DNA of 58,330 bases, filler included, from Barthelona sp. PAP020 (lineage: Eukaryota): assembly GCA_040182905.1 (NCBI GenBank). It is 3 parts of 3 records of this genome, joined end to end, with 100 filler letters (N's around TTAATTAATTAA, not from the genome) between each part and the next. Parts side by side here need not be neighbours in the genome. Positions count along the whole stretch, not along the records: positions 19,503 to 38,886 come from JARQWU010000207.1; 2 more parts are not named here. One strand, given 5' to 3'. The stretch's first letter is position 1, and the number at the start of each line of letters is the position of its first letter. Below the pieces are notes generated by a model, which did not search any database, was not told the origin of the DNA, and worked only from the letters and a program-made list of their open reading frames with translations. Below are positions 20,043-31,226 of this stretch, in pieces. The position numbers and the translations under genes were made by a program.

Positions 20043-20553
20043 CAGTCAATTGTTCTAACTATATAAATTCATAGAAAAGAAATTTAGCTAACTTATTCGA
20101 GCAAATTTCAGTCAAAATCCTAAAAAAATGAAAGGTAAAGAGATTGGAGGAGATGGAGGGGATTCAGACACTAAAATTTAATTTTGACGATTGAGCATGA
20201 AAATTTTTGGGAAATTTTCTTGCCCCTGTTTACAAAATCTCTGGAAAAGAAAAATTTTAAAGTTTAACCTTTCACTTTTGAAATATTAAAAGTTTTCATA
20301 AATCGATCAATCCTTGATGATCGAAAACTTCCAACCAAATTTAAACTTTATTTCAAATTCACTAATTTGTACAGTGATTAATGGCCTAGAAAGAAACAAA
20401 CAAAACCATTTTTTGGAATTTCAATTTAATACCTTAACTTTCACTTTGGTTATGTCAAAAAACAGATTACAATTTATACAAGAAGGGAATTTGTGATAAA
20501 ACTTTTTTATTCACTCATACGCACAATGCTTCTTGACTTGGGAATAAGATTCT
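20043..20553 (+). repeat. Degenerate copy C of the ~320-bp foldback repeat arm (with insertions)
   Basis: Contains GCAAATTTCAGTCAAAATC and AAAATTTTAAAGTTTAA, and ends TTTTTTATTCACTCATACGCACAATGCTTCTTGACTTGGGAATAAGATTCT, the inverse of the left end of copy B at 18488. Confidence 0.7.
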
Positions 20554-20894
20554 TGGATGAGAGTTAAAATACACATTTTTAAGGAATGTTTTATTTTTAC
20601 ATATTTTCATTATTGTAATTGTTAATTAGATTTTTTTTTGCAGAACAGATAAAGATTCATGGATTGAATGTGAGGAAAAAAAGTAATTTTTTACTTCTTT
20701 TGTTCTTTTTCAATTTCTTTTGAAAGTTGTTTAATGTGTAATTAAATTGTAAATCGTAGTGACATATTGTTAATAAAATGAAAGAGAAGAAGGCTATTTG
20801 ACGCTCAAAAGAGTATTTCAAAGGGTAAAAAAAATTTCAATAAATATTTGGCTGTGATTTTTTATTTTTACAAAAACCTTTGTGTTGAAAAAAA

Positions 20895-23800
20895 ATGTTA
20901 TTAACTGAATATGCAGAAGATTTACACGTCATTGAAGAAGTCTATTTGAGCGATCTTGATGTTAGAAGATATTTGTTTGAAGATGATTCTGGTTTATCAT
21001 ATGAGGTTGTTTATAATGGAGTGAATTATATTTTAAAGAAATTGTATTCCTGTTATATCTCTGAATATCAAGAAGTGATGAAATCACAGTATTATTTGAG
21101 TCTTAATGAAGATTTTGATTCTTTTTTCAAATGCCATTATTTGGTTAAAGTGGATGAATGTCATGATTATATTGGTATGTTATTGGAGTTTCACACTCAT
21201 TGTTTTTCTGGAATGAAATTTGGACTTGTGACAAATGAGTTTGTTCGCCGACTAAATTTTGCCAAAGATGTTGTAAATTTGGTAGCAAATTTGCATAAGA
21301 ATAATATTTTTCTTGATGGTTTTTATCCTGAGATAATTGGAATGGTTGTGGAAGAAGGTCATATTGTATGTACTCGATTTCGTGATTTTTTTATCTTACG
21401 TCGACAAAGCCAGAAAGAAAAGCGATTGCGTTTGAACAGTTATATTTGTGATGGTTCCTTCAATGGTAGGGATTTAATTAATAATTCCAGTGAAAATAAA
21501 AACCGTGCTAGAGATAGGGATATGTTCAGCTTGTTACTGATAATAAATCAAGTCTTATGTAATGAGCATAATTTGAAATATTCCAATCCATTTCAAACGC
21601 AATTGGCATATCAACAACATAATTTTCCTGTTATTACAAGCTATTCTCCTATGGCATATCTTTTATTCAATTTGTTCAATAGAATTGATTTGGTTGATAT
21701 TAATCAATTGAGCGAAGTCATGACTTATCTTATCGACCGCTATTTTATTGGAAGAAATCCATCAAGCCTGAAATTATCAAAAATTTTATCCATTAAGAAT
21801 GATGTTTCTACTAGATTAATGAAATATGAAGATTATAAGGATGATGAGAATATCTTTGATTCTATTTTAGATGAAACTTTAAGAAAACAATATTGTTTAA
21901 GCGTATTAATCTGTCCTTCATGTTCTACTTTCATTATTGAACCCTACATTTTAAGTTGTCATCATTGTGCATGTAGAAGATGTGTTCTCTCTGAAAAATG
22001 TAATGTATGTTATAAAAAGAATGTTTCCAGTAAAAAGGTAGTTTTTGCTCGATCTTTATTAAGTCATCGAATATTTTTGGATGCCAATGCATATGTTCAA
22101 CGGTTCTATCCAGCAAAGTATGATGATTGTAGGAATTTAAAAAGAATTGACCTTTATCCTTGTTATATGAATGAAATTGAGCCATTTTCACAACCTTTTG
22201 TTGTCAAAAATGTTTCATCATCATCATCATCATCAATAGATTCCAAACTCTTTATTTGTCGTCTGTTTGCTGAAAAAGAATATGATGCAGTTAATTTTGA
22301 TTTAATGAAAAATCTTTGTTTACTTGATTCAGATAAATTTGCTAAACCTTTATATGAAGTAGAATTTGAAGGAAAGCAAGGTTTTTTGTATGAATATTAT
22401 CCAAACAATTTGGTAACTTACATTGAAAAATTGGAAAAGAATTCTAAAGATTACTTTATTTCTCGTTTAGAAATATGGAATGATTTACTGAAGATTGTTG
22501 AATATTTACATGAAAAATCTTATCATCATTTTAAATTGATTCCAGAAAATATTTATTTTACTGCTCAAAACAAATTAATTCTTGACGGATTATTTATGTC
22601 TGTTGATACATTGGATGAAAATAATAGTCGTTTTTTATTTGGTTCAAAAGGTTTCATACAAGATATTTATGCTTTACAACATTGTTATTTTTACATCTTT
22701 TTCAACGGAGTTCCCGATTTCAGTGAAGGAAAGATTAAAAAGAATACAGATGTAGCCTTATCCAATAAAACCAATCACTGTTTCGTAGGAATGATCAAGC
22801 GATGGGAAAAGGAAAGATATCAAGCATATCAATTGCATCAAAAGTTATTTGGGGATCAAACTATCTTTAGTTGTTATAATCAACCAATAAAAAAGATGCA
22901 ACAAATATTGTTTGAACTTTTTCCTTTGCTTTTTTGTTTGATTAACTTGAATGAAGCTTTCACCATTGAACAATATGATATTTTCCCACATATTGGGTTT
23001 GATTATGAGAGAACAGAAAATATTTTAGCACATTATTTATCCGTTGATGTTTTAGATTATGCGATCAAAGATAATATAAAGACATTATTTAAGGCTGCTA
23101 GCAATGGAAGATTGGATTATTTTCAAAAATATCTTCCGTATGACATTCAAAATATAGTTGAACCAGAAACAGGTGATAATCTTTTGATGATCAGTTGTTT
23201 ATATGGTCAAGTGGCATTATTTGAATATTTTCTTAGTTTGAATACATTTGATCTTAACTATAAAAACAAAGCAGGATACAGCATTCTTCATGTCTTTTGT
23301 AAAACTAATTCTGTTGATAAGTTTAAACACATGTATTCTTCGTATGAGCAAAATGTAGAGGTTTCACTACCTACTGATCAAAAATCATTCTTGCATATTG
23401 CTTGTGAGTATGGAAGCATTGATATTGTCATGTTTTTATTGTCAAAATTAAAAGACAATAAGGATGGTTCATTTAATAAGAATCAAGTTGATATTGTTGA
23501 TATTGATGGTAATTCACCGTTATATTTAGCATTAAAGAATAATCATTTGGAAATTTGCGACATTCTCGTGAATGAAGGTCTTGGTTTGACGACCATAAAC
23601 AATTTGGGACGAAATATTTTACATATAGCATGTATGAACAATATTGATAAACTTTTGGAGAAAATTTTGAGATTGAAAGGAGATTTGGACATAAATTTGA
23701 TTGATGCTGAAGGCTATACACCATTATTACAAGCGATTGCTAATAATTCGACAAAAGTAATTAAAATATTGAATAAATATGGTGCAGATATGAATTTTTA

Positions 23801-26800
23801 CAGTGAAAAGTTACGATTGAATGCACTTTTATTGAGTATCAGCAAATTTTATTGTATCTGCTATAAACTATTAGTTGAAAATAATGCAGAACAAAATTTG
23901 AATGATCCTTTCAATTATATGTTATATAATTTAGAAGTTTCAACAGATCCAGTCTCTATGGGACAAGTTATGGTTGAAAATGGTTATGATATCAATAGAT
24001 TGGATGAAAACACAGGATGGGGTATTATACATCTCATTGCTAGAGATGGAAAAGCCACAACAATGGTTAATTTGTTGCAAATTGGAGCAAATATTGATTT
24101 ATTCACTAAGGATAATTTGACAGCATTTTCTATAGCAGTTAAACATAGAAAGAATGAAATGTGTCAAGTGTTTATCGAAAATAATGGTAAATTAAGTGAA
24201 AATATGAATGATGAAGATCTACAATTTTTATTTTCTATTAAAACTAGCAAAATCAATAGATATAGCAAAAAAGATTTTGAAAAGATGGAATTTGTTCCTT
24301 TAGATACCAAAACCGATCGAATTTTGTTTGATCACATTGAAAGAGGTGATGAAGGAATTGTAACGTTGTTATTAGATCAAACGAATCGTAATCCTAATGA
24401 ATCATATGCCAATGGTGTAACACCGTTGTATATGGCAGCACATAAAGGATTAAAGATGGTTTGTGATGCACTTATACGTAATGGTGCAAAATTGAATGTC
24501 CAAAACAATCGAAACTGTGCACCTATTCATGTCTGTTGTTATTATGGACATATTGAAATTGTAAAATCCTTGATAAATGCTGGAGCTAATCTTGAATTGG
24601 AGATTGAAAGTGGAGTGACACCATTGTATTTAAGTGTTTATGAAGGACATTTAGATATTGTTAATTTGTTACTTGAAAGTCATGTAAATCCAAATGTTAA
24701 AGCTTTAGATGATGTGACGCCTTTGTACAACAGTGTCAAATTGAATTATTTGGATATTACAAGAAGTTTGATTGAACATGGAGCGAATGTTAATGCAAAG
24801 ACAACTAATTATGAGTCTATTTTATATAAAGCTTGTAAGGATGGTTCTTTGGACAGTGTACGATTGTTATGTGAAGCAAATGTTGATTTTAACAATGGTT
24901 TAAATGAAAATATGACTGCATTACATGCTTGTGCTCAATTCAATCGTATTGACATAGCAACGTTTTTGTATGAACGAAAATATCCCATGAATGAGGGATG
25001 TTATCAAAATTGTTTGACAACACCCCTTCAATTAGCAGTTTTGAATGAAAATATCGATTTTGTTGATTTCTTAATCAAACATAACAATTCAATAAATCAA
25101 GTGAATAGTTTTGGTTGGTCAGCTTTGCATTTTGTGGCCAAAGCAAACAATTTGAAGATGTTGAAGAAGTTGTCCTCTATGGAATTGAATCTGAGTTTGA
25201 AAGATCTTCAAGGTAACAATGCCTTAATGATAGCTTGTATACACAATAGTATTGATGTTCTAAAAGAATTGATTGTAATTGGAGACTATGATATCAATGA
25301 TGAAAACAATGAGGGTATGAATTCTTTTCTATTTGCAGTCAAGAATGGTCATATTGAAATTGTGAAATATTTGTTAGAGGAAGGAATTTATCAAGTTGTT
25401 GAAGATGAAAACATAAGAAGAAACCGGAAATTAACTCCATTAATGTTAGCAATAATGAGTAGGAATCGAGATATGATTAGTTACATATTTGAGCAAACAA
25501 ATGAAGTTGTTGATGTAGTGAATGATCAGCATTTTACCAGTTTGACGTTATTATTGCATGAATTGAATGATTTGAGTACAGTTCAATATTTTTTTGATTG
25601 TTTTTTGAATGAAAAGAACTATTCTACAAATCCTAAAGATGGTTTTAGTGTTTTGCAAGTAATATTTATGAAATTATTGAATTCTAAAGAATTCCAGGGA
25701 TTGAAAAGTTTAGAAAGTTTGGATAGTATAGAAAGTTTGAAATATTTGAAGTTTTTAAAAGAAAATAATGCAAAAATTGCATGGGATTACAATTATGATA
25801 AGAATCCTTTCTTAAATTTATTAAATTTTATAAAAGAAGATAAAATTTATCTTATTTTATTAAAAAAAATGATAAATGAAAATATTATTCCTTTAGAATT
25901 CATTAAAAAGAATTCTTTTCTTCATTTAGCTATTGAAATGGAAAATATTAATCTTTTGGAAATTTTTTTAAAAGAGTATCCTCAATTTACTTTTTTTAGG
26001 AATCTTCAAGGCTATAATATATTGTATTATTCTATTTTAAAGAAACATGATACAATAGTCAATTCTTTATTGAATAAATTTTCAACAGACACTATAATAA
26101 AGATGATAAAAGAAGAAGACAATGAAAAACTGAATTGTTTCTTATATTGTTGTAAAATTGGTAATATTCGACATTTGACTATCTTATTAAGATATTTGAA
26201 TGATGATAAATCGCTAAAAGAAACGTTAATAATTGCTGGAATTAAAATATCGATTGAACAGAATAAAGTTAACATTACAAGGTTTTTATTGAATGAATTG
26301 ACTGATTTCAATGTATCTATTAATGAAAATGAAGATAATCTTTTGCATTTAAGTATTGAATTGGGTCATCTTGAATTATTTGAGTTCTTTTTAAACAAGA
26401 ATGTTGATTTTCTCAAGTATAATAAAAAAGGATTAACACCATATCATTTGACTATAATTAAGAATAATTATGAAATGTTTATACATTTGATTCAAGCAAA
26501 TTTGAACAAATTTGATTATGAAATCACAACAGGAAATGATTTTGGAATTAAAGTTTCACCTTTATATTTAAGTGTGTTAAACAATGCCAATCAGATTACC
26601 AATGCTTTGTTGAATCAATTCAATCATAGTATTTGTTTACCAAAGAAAAAACAAGTGACTGAATTACATATTGCAGCTGAAAATAATCATATTTCTTTGA
26701 TACAGTATTATGTTAAACAATTGAAAGTTAATGTTAATTGTCAAAAGAAAAATGGTATGACACCATTACATTGTGCTGTCCAAAATCATTTTTTTGAATG

Positions 26801-29800
26801 TAGCAAAGTAATAATTGAAGAATTAGGCGCAAATATTGATTTAATGAAAACTAATGGTTATACACCTTTAGCAACAAGTATTTTATTAGAAGATAAGAAA
26901 ATTTGTTTATTATTATTAAAGAATCAAGCTAATTTGAATATCTATAATGTAAAAGAAGAAAAGACTGTGCTTGAATTATTAAAATCATCAATTTTTGCTA
27001 AGGATAAAGATTTTGAAGAATATTTGAATGATTATATTTTTGATGAAAAATTGATTGAAGAAAATTCATCAATTCTTTGTGATTTTGCTAGTGATGCTTC
27101 AAAATATGAAAAATTAATGTATATTTGTATTAAAAACAATGATATTATATCAATTAATAAATTAATCGATATTTATTCAATTAATACCATCAAATCTATT
27201 CATTTCATTCATTTTAATCCACTTAAAGTATTATTAGAAAATAATTGTGATCCAAAATTAATTCATCTTTTTAATGAATTGTTTGATTTAAGACAATATT
27301 TTTTTAATTGTATATTGGATATTTTAAACCTTAATTATTCAATTGATTCTTTCAATATGAAATATTTTGATTATTTCTTGGAATTAAAGGATGATCAAAA
27401 GTTTAAAATTTTTGAAATTTTATTGAAAAATGAAAATTGGCAATATTTACAATTTTTGATTCAAAATAAAGTTCTTTTACCAACTGATTTATTTGTATAT
27501 TTTCAACATTCTATTTTTTATTCAAATAAACATTTATTTGATGTTTGTTTTGAATTATTTAATGATTTTGATAAAGATTTGTGTATTTTATGGTGTATTG
27601 AAGAAGACAATCTTGAATCTTTCAAATGGTTCATTAAAGATTCCAATCATAATATATTATCATTGAATCATTTGTTAGTAAGTAATAAAGCATATCAAAT
27701 ACTTGAATATCTATTGTTTAATGATGATAAAGAGTTTAATTTAAAGGTTGATGAACTCATACATGAAAGTTTTATACAAAAGGATACTCAAATTTTAGAT
27801 CTTTTGATAAATTTTGAAAAGTTTGATTTAAATCTTTGTTTTGATGAGGATAAAGAAGAAAAAGAAGAAGAAGAAGAAGAAGAAGAAAAGAAAGATGTTA
27901 AATGCAAATTAGTAAGGCATAAACCTAGTTTGAATTTTGAATTGGTCAAAGAATACATTGATTTTGAGTTAAATGTTCTGAAAGATAATGAAAACAAGCA
28001 ACAACAAAATATCTTTGAGTCATACATGAAAAGAATTGATTTAAATCAATTGTTTGAAGATTTTTTCAAGGTAAAAGATTATGAAATGTTTGTAAAAGTT
28101 TTGAAAATGTTTGAAACTGGAATATTAAAGAAAGAGAATTTGAAAATACAATATCAATATATTGATTCAAGATATTATGAAATATTTATTGATACATTTA
28201 AGAGTATTGAATATGATTACAATATAGACAGTAAATATTTGTTTGTTGCTATAATGAATAATCATTATGAGATTATTGAAGGATTTATTAATTTGAAACT
28301 TGATATGAATTTATTTGTGAAGATTATTGATGGTGAGTTAGCAAATAATTTATTACATGCTGGAGCTATGTATGGATTAGAGATAAAAACTTTTGAAAAA
28401 TTGATTAAAATATTTAAAAAATTGAAAAAATTGGATGATATTAATCAAAAAATTAATAATACTGCATTAGAATTGAGTTATTATCATGAAAATTATAAAC
28501 ATTTAATAAGTTTATTAATGAATGGTAGTAATGTTTCAAATATTTTATATAATTCTTTTATCAATACAGAATTAAACGTTATTAGCATGATTTTATCATT
28601 TGCTTGTAATTATAATGGTTTTATTATTAAAAAATCATGTTTTCCTTTACATGAAATGATTTATCGTAATTTTGAAATTTATTCAACAATAGATAAAGAA
28701 CAAGATGAACTAATTATACAAAATATTGAAAACAAATTTTTAGATATGATAAAAATCATTCAATTATGTATTGAAAACAAATTTATTATGAATAGAAAGA
28801 ATGAAAAAGGTTTAACGATCTTTGAAATAATATTAAAAGAAATAATTTCTGCTGAAATGAAAATTTCCAAAAATTTTTTTATTCTTTTATCAATTTTATT
28901 AAAACATGATGAAAATAATTGTAATTATATATTTAAAAATATTGAAACATTTCAAAAATTGATTGATATTAGTTTAAAAGATAATTTTTGTTATGAATTT
29001 TTGATTGAGGATTTAATACAATTTGATAAAGATAAAGTCTATTTTAATGAACAAATTGATTATTTAATACAAAAAAAAGATAAATATTTTGCAATTTTTA
29101 AACAATTATTTGATAAAAAATATTTAAATGTAAATCAAGTTGATAGAAGAGGTTTTTTAATATATTGTAATTGTTATAAGCAAAATTCTTATAAAATAAT
29201 GAATTTAATCAAAGATTGTACAGATTTTAGCAGAATTAATAAAAAAACTAATACTACACAATTACATTCAACAGTTTTAATTAATGATTGGTCATTATTA
29301 GAACATTTGTTGAAAAATATTGAAATTTTACGAACTTTTTTGAATTATCAAGACATAAACGGCAATACAATTCTTCATTATTTATGTAATCAAAAGATAA
29401 CAATTGAAAATTTTGAAAGGAATTATGTCATGGTTAAATTGCTGTTGGATTATAAAGTTGATGTCAATATCAAACGAAAAGATGGTTCAACATGTTTAAT
29501 GTTAGCAGCACAACGTAATAATGGTAAGATTTGTCAAATGATTTTAGATTATGATATAACTAGTTTGAATTATCAAAATGAAAAGTTAAACACTGCATTG
29601 ATTCTAGCTGTTATGAATGATTGTACTTCTTCAATCAATGTTTTGTTGAAATACAATATTAATAGTTCCATTTTCAATAAAGATGGTTTAGATGCTTTAA
29701 AATATGCTGTTATCAAGAAGAATACTGAAGTTCATAAACAATTAGTTGAATATAACACTCAAAATAATCCAACTATTCAACATCAATTAGATGTAATTTA

Positions 29801-31226
29801 TGATGTCTTATTTCAACATCCAAAATTGAAAAAATTAGCTCCAATTTTACATAGAATCTTCATGGAAAATCGTTTAAATGCTGGATTGATGAGTTTAATC
29901 GCTGCTGGAGATTTTGAAAACATGCATAAGTTATTGGCTGCAGGTGCAGATATTAACTTTGTTTCTAAAGAAGGTTGGAGTCCAATGCATGTATTATGTA
30001 GACAAGGTCATGTTAATGATTTGAAATTATTATTGTATCACAATATAAACATAAATCCGGAGATTAAAGGAAAATTGATGACTCCTTTACAAATGGCTAT
30101 TGTGAATAAACATATTGAAATGGTTGAATTATTGATTGAAAAAGGAGCTGATGTTAATGCTAAGAATACCACAAATAATCTTACTTGTTTGTTTTTAGCA
30201 TGTGAAATGAATGATGCGAGGATGATTAGAATGTTTGTGGAAGCAAATGCAGATGTTAATGCTGAATTTTCTGATTTCGATGATCCAACATTGGGAATCG
30301 AAATTACACCCTTGATGTCTTTGGTAAAGAATTCAGAAGATTTAGATTTAGTCAATCTTTTATTAGACAATGGAGCTAATATTGCTAAAACCTCGGGTAG
30401 TGATGGTTTCAGTGCTTTACATTTAACTTGTCAGCACAATAAACCAGAAATGCTAAGGCTATTCCTGAAGAGAGATCCAAATATTGTCAATCTCAAATCT
30501 AATAAACTAGACCAAACACCTTTACACCTTTGTTGTAGGTTTGAAGATCTTCAGTGTCTTAATGTTCTTTTTGAAGAGTGTGAAAACAAAATTGATGTTG
30601 ATATGGTGGATATAAATGGTTGGTCAGCAGCACACTTTATTGCAAAGAACAATAACATCATTATCCTTAAATATTTGCATAAATTTGATTTGAATATGAG
30701 TATTGTTGATAATTTTGGGCAAACTCCTTTGATGATCGCAATTAGATATGGTTCTACCTTAGTTTTCAGTTATTTGTTAGAAAGATGCTCAACAAATCTG
30801 AATAATGAGGATAAAACAAAAGCAAATGCGTTAATATATGCTGTATTTTTCAATCAACTCACAATTTTAAAGTTTATTCTGAAAAGAACAAATCTAAATG
30901 TTAACCATCAATTGATTGATGGTTCTACTGCTTTATATATCAGTTGTTTCAATGGTAATATAGATTTAATTCCTGAATTGATTAAAAATGGTGCGGATAT
31001 TAACATTGGTCGTACTGATAATGGTCTTACACCTTTTCATGGGGCCATTATGAATGATCAACTTGATGTGATCAATTTTTTGGTGGAAAAATACAATGTT
31101 CAACCATTTAAGATCGTTAATCATTTGAATAACGAGGATATTATGTATTACGTAAAAAAGTATGGCAGTGAACGTATCAAAAATTGGTTTCACGATTATG
31201 ACCAGAGCATTAATTATCAAGAATAA
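20895..31226 (+). CDS. Giant 3443-aa protein: pseudokinase - RING finger - pseudokinase - multiple ankyrin-repeat arrays
   Basis: Uninterrupted 10.3-kb ORF. Kinase-like segments VANLHKNNIFLDGFYPEII and VEYLHEKSYHHFKLIPENIYF. RING CPSC...LSCHHCACRRC...KCNVC at about 21912-22010. Dozens of ankyrin motifs (TPLYMAA, TPLHCAV, TPLQMAI, SALHLTC). Confidence 0.88.
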   Translation: MLLTEYAEDLHVIEEVYLSDLDVRRYLFEDDSGLSYEVVYNGVNYILKKLYSCYISEYQEVMKSQYYLSLNEDFDSFFKCHYLVKVDECHDYIGMLLEFHTHCFSGMKFGLVTNEFVRRLNFAKDVVNLVANLHKNNIFLDGFYPEIIGMVVEEGHIVCTRFRDFFILRRQSQKEKRLRLNSYICDGSFNGRDLINNSSENKNRARDRDMFSLLLIINQVLCNEHNLKYSNPFQTQLAYQQHNFPVITSYSPMAYLLFNLFNRIDLVDINQLSEVMTYLIDRYFIGRNPSSLKLSKILSIKNDVSTRLMKYEDYKDDENIFDSILDETLRKQYCLSVLICPSCSTFIIEPYILSCHHCACRRCVLSEKCNVCYKKNVSSKKVVFARSLLSHRIFLDANAYVQRFYPAKYDDCRNLKRIDLYPCYMNEIEPFSQPFVVKNVSSSSSSSIDSKLFICRLFAEKEYDAVNFDLMKNLCLLDSDKFAKPLYEVEFEGKQGFLYEYYPNNLVTYIEKLEKNSKDYFISRLEIWNDLLKIVEYLHEKSYHHFKLIPENIYFTAQNKLILDGLFMSVDTLDENNSRFLFGSKGFIQDIYALQHCYFYIFFNGVPDFSEGKIKKNTDVALSNKTNHCFVGMIKRWEKERYQAYQLHQKLFGDQTIFSCYNQPIKKMQQILFELFPLLFCLINLNEAFTIEQYDIFPHIGFDYERTENILAHYLSVDVLDYAIKDNIKTLFKAASNGRLDYFQKYLPYDIQNIVEPETGDNLLMISCLYGQVALFEYFLSLNTFDLNYKNKAGYSILHVFCKTNSVDKFKHMYSSYEQNVEVSLPTDQKSFLHIACEYGSIDIVMFLLSKLKDNKDGSFNKNQVDIVDIDGNSPLYLALKNNHLEICDILVNEGLGLTTINNLGRNILHIACMNNIDKLLEKILRLKGDLDINLIDAEGYTPLLQAIANNSTKVIKILNKYGADMNFYSEKLRLNALLLSISKFYCICYKLLVENNAEQNLNDPFNYMLYNLEVSTDPVSMGQVMVENGYDINRLDENTGWGIIHLIARDGKATTMVNLLQIGANIDLFTKDNLTAFSIAVKHRKNEMCQVFIENNGKLSENMNDEDLQFLFSIKTSKINRYSKKDFEKMEFVPLDTKTDRILFDHIERGDEGIVTLLLDQTNRNPNESYANGVTPLYMAAHKGLKMVCDALIRNGAKLNVQNNRNCAPIHVCCYYGHIEIVKSLINAGANLELEIESGVTPLYLSVYEGHLDIVNLLLESHVNPNVKALDDVTPLYNSVKLNYLDITRSLIEHGANVNAKTTNYESILYKACKDGSLDSVRLLCEANVDFNNGLNENMTALHACAQFNRIDIATFLYERKYPMNEGCYQNCLTTPLQLAVLNENIDFVDFLIKHNNSINQVNSFGWSALHFVAKANNLKMLKKLSSMELNLSLKDLQGNNALMIACIHNSIDVLKELIVIGDYDINDENNEGMNSFLFAVKNGHIEIVKYLLEEGIYQVVEDENIRRNRKLTPLMLAIMSRNRDMISYIFEQTNEVVDVVNDQHFTSLTLLLHELNDLSTVQYFFDCFLNEKNYSTNPKDGFSVLQVIFMKLLNSKEFQGLKSLESLDSIESLKYLKFLKENNAKIAWDYNYDKNPFLNLLNFIKEDKIYLILLKKMINENIIPLEFIKKNSFLHLAIEMENINLLEIFLKEYPQFTFFRNLQGYNILYYSILKKHDTIVNSLLNKFSTDTIIKMIKEEDNEKLNCFLYCCKIGNIRHLTILLRYLNDDKSLKETLIIAGIKISIEQNKVNITRFLLNELTDFNVSINENEDNLLHLSIELGHLELFEFFLNKNVDFLKYNKKGLTPYHLTIIKNNYEMFIHLIQANLNKFDYEITTGNDFGIKVSPLYLSVLNNANQITNALLNQFNHSICLPKKKQVTELHIAAENNHISLIQYYVKQLKVNVNCQKKNGMTPLHCAVQNHFFECSKVIIEELGANIDLMKTNGYTPLATSILLEDKKICLLLLKNQANLNIYNVKEEKTVLELLKSSIFAKDKDFEEYLNDYIFDEKLIEENSSILCDFASDASKYEKLMYICIKNNDIISINKLIDIYSINTIKSIHFIHFNPLKVLLENNCDPKLIHLFNELFDLRQYFFNCILDILNLNYSIDSFNMKYFDYFLELKDDQKFKIFEILLKNENWQYLQFLIQNKVLLPTDLFVYFQHSIFYSNKHLFDVCFELFNDFDKDLCILWCIEEDNLESFKWFIKDSNHNILSLNHLLVSNKAYQILEYLLFNDDKEFNLKVDELIHESFIQKDTQILDLLINFEKFDLNLCFDEDKEEKEEEEEEEEKKDVKCKLVRHKPSLNFELVKEYIDFELNVLKDNENKQQQNIFESYMKRIDLNQLFEDFFKVKDYEMFVKVLKMFETGILKKENLKIQYQYIDSRYYEIFIDTFKSIEYDYNIDSKYLFVAIMNNHYEIIEGFINLKLDMNLFVKIIDGELANNLLHAGAMYGLEIKTFEKLIKIFKKLKKLDDINQKINNTALELSYYHENYKHLISLLMNGSNVSNILYNSFINTELNVISMILSFACNYNGFIIKKSCFPLHEMIYRNFEIYSTIDKEQDELIIQNIENKFLDMIKIIQLCIENKFIMNRKNEKGLTIFEIILKEIISAEMKISKNFFILLSILLKHDENNCNYIFKNIETFQKLIDISLKDNFCYEFLIEDLIQFDKDKVYFNEQIDYLIQKKDKYFAIFKQLFDKKYLNVNQVDRRGFLIYCNCYKQNSYKIMNLIKDCTDFSRINKKTNTTQLHSTVLINDWSLLEHLLKNIEILRTFLNYQDINGNTILHYLCNQKITIENFERNYVMVKLLLDYKVDVNIKRKDGSTCLMLAAQRNNGKICQMILDYDITSLNYQNEKLNTALILAVMNDCTSSINVLLKYNINSSIFNKDGLDALKYAVIKKNTEVHKQLVEYNTQNNPTIQHQLDVIYDVLFQHPKLKKLAPILHRIFMENRLNAGLMSLIAAGDFENMHKLLAAGADINFVSKEGWSPMHVLCRQGHVNDLKLLLYHNININPEIKGKLMTPLQMAIVNKHIEMVELLIEKGADVNAKNTTNNLTCLFLACEMNDARMIRMFVEANADVNAEFSDFDDPTLGIEITPLMSLVKNSEDLDLVNLLLDNGANIAKTSGSDGFSALHLTCQHNKPEMLRLFLKRDPNIVNLKSNKLDQTPLHLCCRFEDLQCLNVLFEECENKIDVDMVDINGWSAAHFIAKNNNIIILKYLHKFDLNMSIVDNFGQTPLMIAIRYGSTLVFSYLLERCSTNLNNEDKTKANALIYAVFFNQLTILKFILKRTNLNVNHQLIDGSTALYISCFNGNIDLIPELIKNGADINIGRTDNGLTPFHGAIMNDQLDVINFLVEKYNVQPFKIVNHLNNEDIMYYVKKYGSERIKNWFHDYDQSINYQE

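Noticed and set aside
27845..27895. (GAA)n run in the giant ORF, and (TCA)n at about 22216-22234
   Set aside because: Ordinary coding microsatellites giving poly-Glu and poly-Ser linkers.
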